This document shows positions 28,767 through 41,730 of a stretch of 64,000 nucleotides of DNA, in pieces. Position 1 is the stretch's first letter; the number at the start of each line of letters is the position of its first letter. This stretch comes from Antedon mediterranea (Eukaryota; Animalia; Echinodermata): contig NC_092673.1 in the NCBI RefSeq assembly GCF_964355755.1, positions 558,001 through 622,000 of the forward strand. The letters are read 5' to 3'. The position numbers were made by a program, and so were the translations under genes. Below the pieces are notes generated by a model. The model made no database searches. It was not told the DNA's origin and was given only the letters and a program-made list of their open reading frames with translations.

Positions 28767-29108
28767 CTTTATTTCAGTTTCTTCTTTAATCATGAGCACA
28801 ATACTTTATTAGATTATTCACAAACTATATCAATAATATGTGAACACAATAGACAGCTTGAATACAATCATGATTTCAAGAACTTTTTTTCCGAATTGAT
28901 GATGTTGTCATTCACGACCATCGCGTAGTTAGTAAACAACTAATACTCCAGACGCTTACTGGCATTTCTACCAGATGAAATCTGCGATTGCCTAAAAAAT
29001 GGATGGACCGTAACGGCTAAACAATTGTTGATGGTGGCGCTATTCATCATAAATCCTGCGGGAAAAACAAACTAAAATGCCCCAAAAAGTTGTCTTATAT
29101 AACTTAAA
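28767..29108. promoter_or_regulatory. Putative bidirectional promoter for SPEF1 and SFI1
   Basis: Head-to-head genes; probable SFI1 first-exon donor AA|GTAAGG at 29109; forkhead motif GTAAACA at 28932 and GGTGGCGCT at 29033. Confidence 0.55.
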
Positions 29109-29663
29109 GTAAGGAATATTTTTTAGTAACAAAATACATTGTATGCATTGTTAATTAGGTGCGTTACTAAAAGTGACTTACTTGTATAAACTTGGGTAAG
29201 CCTAGCAGAGCTTCTAGGCCCGCAGTGCTGGCTAGGCTAAATAAATAGAGAGTATAGTTGAATAATAGGGCCTAGCCTATAGGCTAGGCCTAGAGATCAT
29301 TGATTGACATCCAAAAATATCCTGGCTGGCAAGGCCCCAGCCTGGGGACCAATATTCCAGTTCACATAATATAGGCAGGTGGCCTTACTGGTGCACCAGT
29401 GGTAGTGATACCATGCTGGTTGACTTGCAATAATTAACCTGATCTCGGTACATAGATAGCTAGTACTACTAGTCGGCTACGTCGGAAGCACTAGGCCTAG
29501 GCTATGTCTTTGATAAAATTATATAGGCCCTAGGCCTACTTTTAATTAAAAATATATTTATGATAAAAGTGAATCATTATGATTATCTGCACAGTCAATC
29601 GGACATGCATATCATTTATATTATTATTAGTACTTTTTTCCTGTTCATGGTCATCATGGTTGA

Positions 29664-30431
29664 GGTGTCTGATCATTTCGGCCGCCAGTCATTTCGGCCG
29701 CCGGTTATGGAATTGCCAAATTCATGAAACGCCAAAAAGGACAAAATATGTATTGTTAATTTCGGCCGCCAGAATTGTAATTATTCTTGAATATTTATGA
29801 CACGCCATGTGTGTTAAAATGTTAATATTTTACTAGGCCTAAATACTGTATTATTAAGCCGAATCGGCGGTCTTTAATTCCAGAAACAGCAGCGATATTA
29901 TAGCGTGCACATTGCCATCACTACAGTGAATATTAATGATATTTTTTTATTAAGAAGGAGGTGATGCTGAAGTTTTTTTTATGTGCCAGTCAAAAACACT
30001 TGACTTGATTCATATTAAAAGAAACACATTTTTACAAAGCACACGCATCTTCGGGACTTGTAAAATAAATAAAAAAATAAACATTAAATCAATATTCATT
30101 TTGACCAATATATTCAGACGGTAAAATACCGTAACTAATATAACTTTAAATCTATGCCTACGGCAAAAACAAAATGTATTTAGCCCATTGCACAACTGAT
30201 CTCTAGTTTAAATGACCATAGTTCTCTGTGGCGTTCCATAGACTTGATAAAGTTATTTTTTTTCACTGTAATACTGTACAGTTAATGAGTTTTTTCTGGC
30301 TATTTCAATTTGGCGCGCCATACCTGGCGGCCGAAATGATCACGCCATATTTTGTCCTTTTTGGAGTTTCATGAATTTGGGCGTTCCATAACCGGCGGCC
30401 GAAATGATTGGCGGCCGAAATGCACTGTGAC
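29664..30431. mobile_element. Non-autonomous DNA transposon with ~110-bp TIRs and 9-bp TSD (Mutator-like)
   Basis: CATTTCGGCCGCC...CATGAAAC.CCAAAAAGGACAAAATATG (29674-29750) is inverted at 30344-30422; direct repeat CATGGTTGA at 29655-29663 and 30432-30440. Confidence 0.85.
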
Positions 30432-30627
30432 CATGGTTGACAGTCAATGCATTTCTGATGCAATGTGGCTGGCCCCAAATATTGACAATCAGCAACATCC
30501 AAATAGAAAATACTAATTTACAAACACTATTTCTATATAAAAAACTAATATATATTGTTTACATTTTTTTCCAGACAGTCAAACAAAGCAGTGTCTTTCA
30601 TAACAAAGAAATGTAAACAACAACAAT

Positions 30628-33600
30628 ATGAATAAGAAAAAAGATCAGGAAGCAAAAGAAAAGGCATTGTTTGAGCTAAGGGCTGAACGAATGAGGCTAC
30701 TGGAACGAGCCAAACAGAACCTGCAAATGTCAAATGATGATAACATTCTTGATGCCAGCATAAATGCCAAGCCAAAGTTTCATAGCAGGTATTATTTTAA
30801 AAATATGTTTACCTAAATTTTGAAGAAAGTGAGAATATTGACAATGCAGCCATTCTCTAGTGGGACTGGAACCCACAACCTGCTCCCGATCACTGGTGGC
30901 CTGAAATTCCTGCTACCAATATTTTAAAACTTTATGATTATCAAAAAGCATCACTACTCTGGTAATACTGACATACTGAAAACTAAATAAACCTATTTTT
31001 CATTTTACAGGTACGGTCAGCAAGAAAACAAGAATGAAATTCAAATCAAGAGGAATAATCAAACGAGGGTCAAGTTGCAGAATGAAAGATTAAACAATCC
31101 AGAAAGCCAAAATGAAGTTCTTGGAAAGAAGGCCAGCAGAATTCCTGAGAAATCTAAGCTGAGGACCAAAGCAGCTGTAAAGCCACATCAATTTCAACGT
31201 GCTAGGCCAGGCTACACCTGGAATATGGGTGGGCGGCTAAAGGAAATACGAATTAGGTTTGAAATCATTTATTTGTTTGTCTTTCTTTAAATTTAATAAT
31301 GGAGGATAGGCATATTATATACAACCACTATTTTATTTTTGACATTTTTTTCTTAACATCTTTGTGTTTAATCCTTTCAGACATCTTGCTAGAAAGTTTT
31401 TATGGATTTGGTTGAAAAATTGTTTTGGGAAAATCCGGCCATCCAATGCAAGGTGAGGTAGAGTTCTGTTGTTAAAACAAATTTGTGTCTCAAAGTTGAT
31501 CAACAAATGTTACATTTTTGTTAAATTCAGGAATCATTACAAGAAAGTGCTTCTGAGGAAAGTGATTTTTGAATGGAAAGAATTGTGGTGGAAGGAAAGG
31601 AAGGAGTGGAAACTAACGATAAGAGCAGAGTGTCACAACAGGTACGTCCATAAACTTACCTGGCCATACCAAGGATTACAAATGGGTACATGGTTTATTG
31701 ATACTCACCAGCTATGGGCATACTCTAAGTACCAACGTGGTATGCAGCTTACAAGAATTTAAATTCATTAATAGTTCTATACAAGGAAAGAAACTTGTAA
31801 TACATGTATGTTGTTTTTTATGCTTTTTAGGTACCGTTTATGGCGTCAAACATGGTCAGCCTGGGTTCAGTACGTTATTTTTCAGAGAGTTAAAAATGCT
31901 AAAATAACATTAGCTTGTAGACATTGTAAGTTTGGTTTTAGTTTTACAACATTTATCGTTAATCTACAGTATACCCCTTTAATGAAGAGCAGACCAAAAA
32001 CAATGGGTGCAAAAAAAACCCCAAAATACTGTATTATATATCTGTGCAATTGTTGTAATACAGTTGAAGCTTAAGCTCTGTCTACACTAAAAAATGTGAT
32101 GTGCCCATATATGGACATAATGATGTCATATCACTACCATATTTGATATTTGGGCATATCACTACCATATTTGGGCACATCACACTTTTTTGTCCAACTA
32201 GTTTGATAGTGTAGACAGAGGGTTAGGATGGTTGAACCATTTACATCTGATAGTGTACACTAAATAAGAACCATTTTATAATATATTATAATATAACTCA
32301 CAAAAAAAGAATCATTTGCATTGCAGCTAATCAAAAGATACAGCAGCGAGCACTTGCAGGTTGGCTGGAACACCACAAAGCCAAAAGATCAAAAACGTCT
32401 GTGTACAAGGCCCTTGAAAAGGCAGTTGCACATAAACGTTTGAAAAAGGCATGGGCAGTGTGGAAAGATCGGCTTCAAAGAGCTAAATTTTTGCAGGATC
32501 AGGAGGTGTATGCTTTACACTTTTGGGCTGAAACTCTAACACATAAGGTTAGTTGAATATAAAGTTTATACCATGTAGTAATATAATAATTAAACATCAA
32601 TAATTATAGATACTGTATGTTCGTATAAAAATGATTTTCTGAAATAAAAACCACTTTCAATTGATGTAGATGTTTGAAAGATGGAAGTTACGAATGAGGG
32701 AAAAACAAAAAGAGAAAGACAGGGAAGTGGCAGCAGACCATTTGTACAATCAATTCCTTGTGGCTAGATGTTTCTTTCAAGGTTTTCTTCCATACACAAT
32801 GTATAGGCTAGAAAAGAAAAGAAGAACTGGTAAGAATCATTTTAAACCATCTTTTATCAAGGGCGCCTAAATGATCAACTTCTACATAAATGTATTAATA
32901 TAGTAAAGCTCTGTCTACACTATCAAACTAGTTCGAAAAAACAAGTGTGATGTTCCCAAATGACGTGGTAGTGATATGCCCAAATATATTAGCTATATGA
33001 CATCATTCTGTAAGGGGCGGGTTTCCCGCTGTTGAATGAGTTTGAATAAAATAAAATAAAATAAATAAAATAATGTCCATATATGGGTATATGACATTTT
33101 TTTGTCACATAAAGTTTGATAGTGTAGACAGGGCTTAAGAGTGTGTTTACATGACATGACTTATTTTAACAATATTTGAAATAGCTGTTTATAACAATTG
33201 TATATTTTGTACTTCTATCTAACAGCTATTGCTGCTACATCTTATATTGAACGCTTATCAACAAAGTATTTCCACCACTGGCATACAAGATGGTACACCA
33301 AGAAGATCATGGCTGAAAAGAGTCACCAGATTAAGGTCATGGGTCAAAGGGCAATGTTACGAAGAATACTGATACACTGGAAATTTTGTATCCTTTAATA
33401 GTTTATTAAAGTACTTATAAAGTTCAATAAATGTTGATTAAATTTGATTTGTATATTAGAGGTTGTGTCTCTATAACAATGCTTTTATTTTCATTCATTC
33501 ATATATTTAATAATGATATGTAATACAGTATTAAAATTACATACAAATAATAATAATTGTTCATTTGTTAAAAATGCCTTCACTCTCTGAAATTCAGATA

Positions 33601-36600
33601 TATTTCTAGAACAAGAGAAAGCACTGAAAATAAAGTTGGCTACAGAACATTACCAAGCCAGGTTATTGGTAAGAACATCACGTTATTGTGCTTGTATAAT
33701 AAATATATATGTTGCCTTTAGTGGCAAAAATAAAATCATGTTTGTAATTATAATAAAAATGTATGAAAGATGTTTTAAATAATTTGCTTTCTCATTACAG
33801 ACAATTGGTTTAAGATCATTCAAAGATGCTGTACACATACACAAACAAAAGAAGCTCAAAGAAGACATTGCTAGAAACTACCAATCAACTGTTGTGAGTA
33901 TTAAGAAAGTCATTTTTTTAATCATTTTAAGTAAGTAAAAGTAAATTAGACTAAGTGTTGTGAGTATTAACATTTTTTAATATATTTGATCTACCTACAT
34001 TCCAGTTTTCTTTCTCCATATATTTCAATTTATTACAGATTCCATTTATTTTGAAAACTAAAAAAACACCGTTTATAATAAAAATAATCTTTTAGGGGGG
34101 TTTTGTTAATAGCAGGTTGCAAGTAAAAATATTCCTCTGTTAGTAGAATGTATAGCTGCCTGTAATTATTACCTTTAAAGAGTTTATAATCCACTTAAAG
34201 TTACCTGCTGTTAAAATTGTATTACCCTCTTTATAGAATATTAATAACAAAACCCTGGTATTTATAACACATTTTATTCAAGGGAAATATATTCTCTATA
34301 TTTAGTGCTTCTTCTTTTAGTTATTTTTAATCTATCAAGCATAGCTATCTTACCCATAGACTATTTAATTCAAAGTTTAACATTTGTGTTTAAATTCTTT
34401 CTTGATCACAGTTAATCAAAATTGCCTGGAATCAATGGATGCTTCGATGTGATGAGAAAGATGAACTAAAAATTGTCAACCAGTCACGGAGAGCATGGTC
34501 TTATTATAAGTCAGTTACTATTTGTATTATATAATTATTTTATTTTTAATTATTAAACTCATTATTCAACTATTTTATTACATTAAATGAATTTAAAATT
34601 ACAATTTTTTATTAAATATACTCAAATACTTATTAATTCAGAAAGAAAACTTTAAGAAGATGTTTTGGAATTTTACAAAAATATACCACCTGGCGGAAAC
34701 ATCGCAAGGTAAAAAGTGAAAATAAAAATATTAATATAAATGTATTATTAATATAATGTTTGCTTCTAAACAATTAAAATCACTTCTTTGTTTCATTTCA
34801 GAGTCAATATGTAGATGCAGATGCATTCTTTGCTTACAAAATGCTTCCCAAATGTCTTCATTGTATGCATCTTTATGCTAAAATGAGACAGGAGAAGCGA
34901 CAAAGACAGATCGCTTCAGAAAAATTTCGAAGGTAAGCAATGATTTTTCATTTCAAAGACGAAATATTTTATTCTTATAGGCATAATTACCAGCCAGCCC
35001 GGAGAGGAGATATAGGCACCACTTGGGGACATGCCTTATGCCTGTGTATCATATCATGATGACTACTACTACAGTACTGTAGCTCATCTGGATAGGCACC
35101 ACTTGGGGATATCAGGCCCGTAGCCAGGGGGGGGTTTTTATGGTTCGGGCGAACCCCCCCTTTATAGCGAACCCCCCTTAACCAACTGCGAACCCCCATC
35201 CCCGACATGCCCAATACCTCACCCTCATCTCCAAAAATCCTCCAAATACGTGCCCCACAGTACAGAAAGTTGTTTGTAAATTGAAAAATTTGTAAACTTG
35301 TTCGTGAACCTTCTTCTCTGTATGAGCGTCAACTAGTGATACGTGTCTGTAAATTTCTAAAAGCTGCAAATGAGTTGCCGATTTTAACCTGAAAAATAAA
35401 TGTTTGGTCCCTGCATGTAACATGATATTGACGCGTCTCATAGCGAGCTGGCGCACGAACGATTCGTACAAAGGACACCGCCAGACAACTGCGTACCTAT
35501 AATTGTTTAGATCACTGGCAGTCAGGCAGCATGCATAAAGTATATAGCCTTCCGACGTACATCAGTATTTATGTGTGACTATGAAGTATAATGTATCAGA
35601 GGATTATAGTGAATATTAATATTTTACACTATAATATCTATGGTATGAAGTACTGTAGTTCACATTATGGCATCCGATTATTTTGTTCTAGACCACGCCG
35701 ATACGTACTAAAATGTATCAATATCACCTATTTACATATTTATATTCCTCAACAAATTGCTGTAAATAAATATTATAGATAGAGCTAGCAAATAGCATTT
35801 GCCTTCACCCAGTGTGCTTTTTTCGGGGCTGTAGATATACGTTCGCATTGAACTTGAACGCAAAACAAAATACGAAGTAAATGATCAAACAATCGGCGGT
35901 TCCGCACAGAGCACGCGCATCTAACACACGGCAACAAAATAGTTGTCGTCATTTAAATTATCGACGTGTTTGAGGAGGAGGAAAAAAGTACGATCTTTTT
36001 GCTCATTGGTTATATAGCATGCTGCACGAGAGTGTCTTTTCCGGTGGGGTTGACCCAAATATTTAGTATCCGAACCCCCCCTTGACAGATCCTGGCTACG
36101 GCCCTGGATATGCCTTATGCCTGTGTATCATATCATGATGACTACTACTACTGTAGCTCATCTGCTACACCCCTACAACAACTAGAACTAAAAAAAATAA
36201 ATGTATTTAAAATTTAATTTGTGTTTAGAGTCAGAGTTGTTTTTTTATTTTGTATTGTTTTATAATTTGAGAAACAGTCAATCAATGATATTTGTAATGA
36301 ATGCATCTATAATGCTAATAGAATCTATTATTATTAAAATTCAATTTTATTTATTTTTCATACAGAGAATGTTTGCTAGGCAGTGTATTTTTTCGTTGGA
36401 TGTTTTCTTATAGAGCTAGCCAAGATTACAGAATGATGCAACGAATGGTACCTAATTTGTCCTTCATTTTACTTAAATTATAATTAAATAGAAATATAAT
36501 TTGAAAATTTTCCTATTTAGTGGGATATTTAGCAACAACATTGAAGTACAAAGATAGCAAATTTTGTACCATGCTCTGTCTACACTATCAAACTAGTTTG

Positions 36601-39600
36601 ACAAAAAAAGTGCGATGTGCCCAAATATGGTAGTGATATGCTTAAATAGGGTAGTGATATGGAATTATCATATCCATATATGGGCATGTCATCACATATT
36701 TTTGTCACATAAGATTTGAGGGTGCAGACAGAGCCTTAGCCATATTTTTAGAGTTTTCTTTCACAATAATATAAATTTTATTCATTCATTTATTCAAAAT
36801 TATTTCAACTTTTTAAATATACTATTTATTATTTAACTATTGGTAATCTTTAGTGTTGATTTGCTTTGTATATTTTAGGCTATTCTTCATTATGATGATC
36901 AAATAACTCGTAGAAATCTTAAAGTTTGGCGGAAAGCCACTCAGGAGAAACTGTCGGAGGAAAAGAAAATAGAAACAGCTTGCCAACATTATTACAGCAA
37001 ATTGGTATTGAAGATGTTGAGTGCTTGGAAAACATATACAAAATTGGAGTTTAGAAGGTAAGTACAGTAAATTAGAATTGTCTGTAAATAAATTAGAATT
37101 GTCCCTAAATATTCCTCCAATTAAATAATTTCACCTATCATTAGATTTCCTATTCATTTATTTTGAATATACAGTAGTAATTTACTATGTTTTCAATAAT
37201 TACAGCGGCTTGTAAAACATTTTTTTTCAAAATACATTAATTTTTTTAGTAAAAATCAAGATGTATTAGCTTACAAACACTCTGTACACCAAACAACCAA
37301 GAAAGCATGGAAAGCGTGGGCAATGTATGTTGCTAGGCAGCAAGTCAAAGGTCATAAAAAAGCAAAAGCCGATGTCTTCTATCAACAGGGTCTTCAGAGA
37401 AAAGTTTTGGAAGCCTGGAAGGTATGAAAGTTTCGACTGCATTATTATAAATCAATATAGCCAACATCTGCACATTTTAGTTAAACAAAAACTACAAAAA
37501 TTCATGGTTAGCACAGTACAGTAGTAGCACCATTCAGAAAGAAAAGATCTTAAAAGTGTCAATTCTTATATAATCCTCATCTTTAGACCTATCATCATGG
37601 AATTATGGCTGTTTACGAGAAAGTAAACGCGAAGAAGACACGACATGACAGACATCGTCTTCATGAAATGTTCCAGCATTGGCGGCAGACAATTCAGGAA
37701 ATGGTAGTGGATCGTCACAAGTTACAAATAGCAGACAATATGTACGCAGTAAAATTAAAGGCGTTAGTAAGTATATGGACGTCCGTTTGCGAAATAAAAG
37801 TAAAATGAATGAATATGCATTTTCAGAACAAGGGTTTCATCCAAAAAGTTCCTGAAAACTGTTTTCTAAAAATTTCTCTAATATGTTGTTTTGCTTTAAA
37901 ATTGAATCAAAGTCAAGTATAAAACGAGTTATATGAAATATTTATAGCATGTTATTTAGTGTATCTGTAAATTATATTTTAGGTTTTCAAGCATTGGTAC
38001 CATTACACCATACTTCATGTTGGCTTGCGAGATGATGAAGACCACAGAGTAGAACATTTCAAATTGATCTTATATACAGGTAGAAATCAAACTGTGAATC
38101 TTTTAATCTTTAGATTGATTCATTAAGTTTAAAATCAATAATATGTTACAGTAAGTTGAAATTCAAGAAATTCTACCTTCAGCTAACAATAGGTATAATT
38201 CATTGATATTATGAAATTTAATTATATAAAGCTGCATTGATAGAGTTTAATTGATGTTTTTTTCTTTTTTTGTAGGAAAATTAAAACGCGCTTTTAGTGT
38301 ATGGGTTGCATTTACAACTTCTCAACAGAACAAACACCATTTAAACAACAAGGCTAGATGTCACTATGAAGTTATACTGAAACAAAAAATGATTGTAAAA
38401 TGGAAAGAGTTCAACGCAATACAATTAAGAAAGAGGGTCAGGAAGAACCAAATTATGTTAAATTGAATATTTTCAAAGAAAGTAAGAAATACTATAAATA
38501 TAAAGTATTTTTTGCCATGATGATTTTAAAATGTTTGTTTTGTCTTACAGTTATTACAGCATCAAAGTATTTGGCTTCACAACACAAGACTTCTTTCATT
38601 TGGGTTTAACAACTGGAAGACACAGGTAATTTGATAATAAGATTAATATGAATAAACAAAGCTATAGAGGATAATGCTTGAGATTATCTTTTCAGATGAC
38701 ATCGTAAGACATTTGTCTATTAATATACAAATAATAGCATGAAGTGAATGATAATCGGTTATATTTCAACAAGGTGAAGTATTTTTAATAAAGTAAAAAT
38801 GCCATTATTTGTACCATTACACGATTATAAAACATTCATTATTTGTTTTATATAACATCTAATTAAATTCCTGTCATTTGAATCTGATTGAATAAAAGGT
38901 CTGTCTATTAAATGTTTTTAAATCGTAATGCATCTGTATTATTTTTAGTATCTTAACTCTCTTGAAGAACAAGCCAAGACAAACATAGCCCTCTGGCAGT
39001 GGAGTCTTGTCCTTCAACGTAAGGTACTCGTTGCGTGGGTTGCGTACACTGCTGACAAAAAGCGAAAGCAAGCTCGTTTTGAGGTTGCTATGGCCACAAG
39101 GCGCAAGAGGTTGTTGCGGGATGGGGCAGCACAATGGCTGAGCGTGGCATCGTATCTTGCTAGTGAACGGGAGAAATTCGCTGCTCAAAAACAAGCTCAG
39201 GTAAGTTACCTAAGTTAGATAAAGTCTTATATTTGTGCAAAATACAAGGATCATTTGAGAATAAATTCTCACATTGATACAATCAACACCCTGCAACATA
39301 ACTGTTGAATAGTGGGATTGTCTATAACTGGCCAATAGGTAGTAGTCCTTCTTGCACTGTGATTGTGCTAACCATCTACTGGTTCTTATAGATGGTGATA
39401 TATTGTTTTTTTAGAATGCATTTACATCGTATCAGATTGTTCACCGGTGTGCTATGAAATGGAGACAGAAGACACATGATAGAAGAAACGCTAGGCCATC
39501 AAAGAAACATAATTTGAAGCAAAACAAACTGATACAGCCACCAGTTCCACATCCATCTTCTACAGAGCCTCTAATGTCTGTGAAGGTAGACCCAGCCCAG

Positions 39601-41730
39601 GAAGTCGGCCTAGCATCTATAGACAGGTATAGTGGAATTGTTATATTGTTTTGTTTACATATTTAGGGAAATTGCCAAGTATAACCATAAGCAAATTCAT
39701 TCACAATCCTTCTAAAACACAAGATACTTGAAATAAAGTCTTATTACAAGTCTTTGATACTCAACACAATACAAATTACTGTAAAAACAGATGAAAATTA
39801 TTATTTTCAATCAACCTTTGATTCTCATTTAAGGTTGTTATCAGGTTTAAGAGGCAGGCAGCGGCCTCAGCCTCGAAGGCCGGCATTTCTTATGGATTCT
39901 TTGCAGAAGGAAGGCCTTTGGCAGGACCCTATTACACCTAGTGAAGGCCTTTGGCAGGACCCTATTACACCTAATGAAAGGTATATACTGTACATTCAAA
40001 ATGTTAAGAAATTACTTGTAATTAACAATATTAATATATTCTTTGAAGGTTTGCATCGTGAAATCAAATGTTGACATAAAGTTTGCGGTACACCACTTAT
40101 ATTAGTTCTGAAAAGAACTGTTGAGTTTCTTGATGTTTCAATCAATATGCTTTGGTCGTCCTCACACCGCAAACTTTATATCATTAATAATAATGATATT
40201 TAGTGCACACATTCACTAAAAACTAGAACAAGCACCACATCATGATCCTGAATTATTGTTTTGTTTTTATCCTTCGTTGATATAACTAGAAAAGTGGAGG
40301 ATTCAAGCAATGCCATGTTTATAACTGAACATTCTCCAGAAAGATATACACAAACTGAACATAAATTGACTGTTGTAGAAGACGAATTAATTGATTCCGG
40401 TTTTGTCCGAAGAGATAAAGGAGATACCAAAGACAAACAACCACAAAGATTACCTACATTTATGGAAGCACCAGTAAAAAAACAGTCCTTGCCTCAAAGA
40501 GGTAGCGTTCATCCAAATAAGGCATCAGTAGGGAGTAAGCCAGTACTTATACCGCCATCAGTATTCATGAAACCACCTGCTCACAAAGATCATACAACTG
40601 TGGTAGCAAAGCAGAAAAGTCATCTTAGGCAGCTATCAAGTTCAGATGACTCATCTGATAATAGAGATGATGAACCGCCTGGTCTTCCTGTACCCCATCA
40701 TCAACCAGTTACTCCACCATTACGAACATCGTTTGAAGTAACAAGCCCATCGTGGGCATCTAGTGTTCGTGATGAGACCTCACCCCATGGCAATCAAGAA
40801 AGAAAACCTCATCCAAAGTCTGAATTGGTTCTTTTACCGCCAGATGCATTTATTTCAGGAAAGAAACATCAGGAATCTTCTGAGAGATTAACATTGCAGC
40901 AGGAATTGGAAGACATCAGAGATAAGCTGAAAACGTTCCAACAGTTAAAATCAAAATTAAGGTGACCAGTCATTTGTGTAGTATACTCAAACAGTATGAA
41001 TATTTATATCAATACCTTTTATAAAGCTCTGTCTACAAACTTTATGTGATAAAAAATATATGGATGTGATGATTTCATATCACTACCATACTTAAGCATA
41101 TCACTACCATATATGGGCACATTACACTTTTTTTGTCAAACTATTTTGATAGTGTAGACAGCTTAAGAGTGCATATTAGAATAAATATATGTGGTCTGCA
41201 TAGCACATTCAGTATCTTAAGATATGCCTCCTGCACTTAGTGTGCAGTGTAAAACTGAACTGATTAGATCAATATGTTTACTATTCTTAGATCATTGAAA
41301 GAACAAGACAAACAACTGACTGAATGGCTTAAAAATCAAGATTCATCTGCTGATTGTGATTTGGAAATACAAGATGTTATTGATGAACTTCATGAGGTAC
41401 GCACTATGACATGACTTATATATGATAAATACTGTACAAATCTATCAACCATCAAATTTCCATTTTGGCTCTCTGTAATAGGTTGATGCCTTTTACAAGA
41501 GAACACGTATTAACAACTAACTTTACCTTATAATGTTTGAATTTAGTATATTACCCCTTCTTCTTGTGAAAGGCAGCAACCAATTTCTTATCTTTATGTC
41601 AATGTACTGATTTATTATTTCATAGAGTGAGATGGAAATTAAAGAACTTGAAATACAAATCCAGTTTGAAAAGCCAGGTGCAATGAAGTTAGCCACAAGG
41701 GCACAAGAGTTGATAAAGCAAGTGGAGTAG
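30628..41730 (+). CDS. SFI1: SFI1 centrin-binding protein homolog, ~26 coding exons
   Basis: A long series of GT-AG exons (e.g. 30628-30789, 31011-31256, 31531-31641, 32670-32829, 33225-33387, 37586-37765, 38276-38436, 39833-39980, 40290-40961, 41626-41730) encodes Trp-anchored Sfi1 repeats (LLRKVIFEWK, LWRQTWSAW, LKRAFSVW) and YTWNMGGRLKEIRIR / EWKLTIRAECH; stop TAG at 41728-41730. Confidence 0.85.
30850..30905 (-). mobile_element. Possible tRNA-derived SINE fragment
   Basis: Reverse strand reads ...AGGTTGTGGGTTCCAGTCCC, which resembles a B-box/T-arm. Confidence 0.35.
32071..32225. mobile_element. MITE family B copy (SFI1 intron)
   Basis: AAGCTCTGTCTACACT...AGTGTAGACAGAG termini. Confidence 0.8.
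32904..33138. mobile_element. MITE family B copy with an internal insertion ending in (AATAA)n
   Basis: Family B TIRs; extra ~65 bp at 33008-33072 ending in AATAA repeats. Confidence 0.75.
33388..33597 (+). other. U12-type (minor spliceosome) GT-AG intron in SFI1
   Basis: Donor GTATCCTTT, branch-like GCCTTCAC ~14 nt before the AG, weak polypyrimidine tract; splicing restores the frame (WKF-Y-IFLEQEKALK). Confidence 0.85.
35012..36163. repeat. ~80-bp tandem duplication whose second copy is split by a transposon
   Basis: ATAGGCACCACTTGGGGA(C/T)ATGCCTTATGCCTGTGTATCATATCATGATGACTACTAC is intact at 35012 and split at 35092-35112 / 36107-36163. Confidence 0.85.
35113..36106. mobile_element. Non-autonomous DNA transposon, 16-bp TIR, 5-bp TSD GATAT
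   Basis: Left CAGGCCCGTAGCCAGG and right CCTGGCTACGGCCCTG (1 mismatch); GATAT on both sides; subterminal CGAACCCCCC motifs. Confidence 0.85.
36571..36738. mobile_element. MITE family B copy (SFI1 intron)
   Basis: GCTCTGTCTACACTATCAAAC...GCAGACAGAGC. Confidence 0.8.
39910..39978 (+). repeat. In-frame 33-bp exonic duplication in SFI1 (EGLWQDPITPS/N x2)
   Basis: GAAGGCCTTTGGCAGGACCCTATTACACCTA at 39910 and 39943. Confidence 0.93.
40068..40185. mobile_element. Dispersed short repeat family C; other copies at ~46280-46347 and 61050-61115 (inverted)
   Basis: AAAGTTTGCGGTACACCAC...TTAGTTCT.AAAAGAACTGTTGAGTTTCT shared by three loci; this copy ends with inverted CACCGCAAACTTTAT. Confidence 0.65.
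41022..41166. mobile_element. MITE family B copy (SFI1 intron)
   Basis: AAGCTCTGTCTACA...TGATAGTGTAGACAGCTTAA. Confidence 0.8.
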
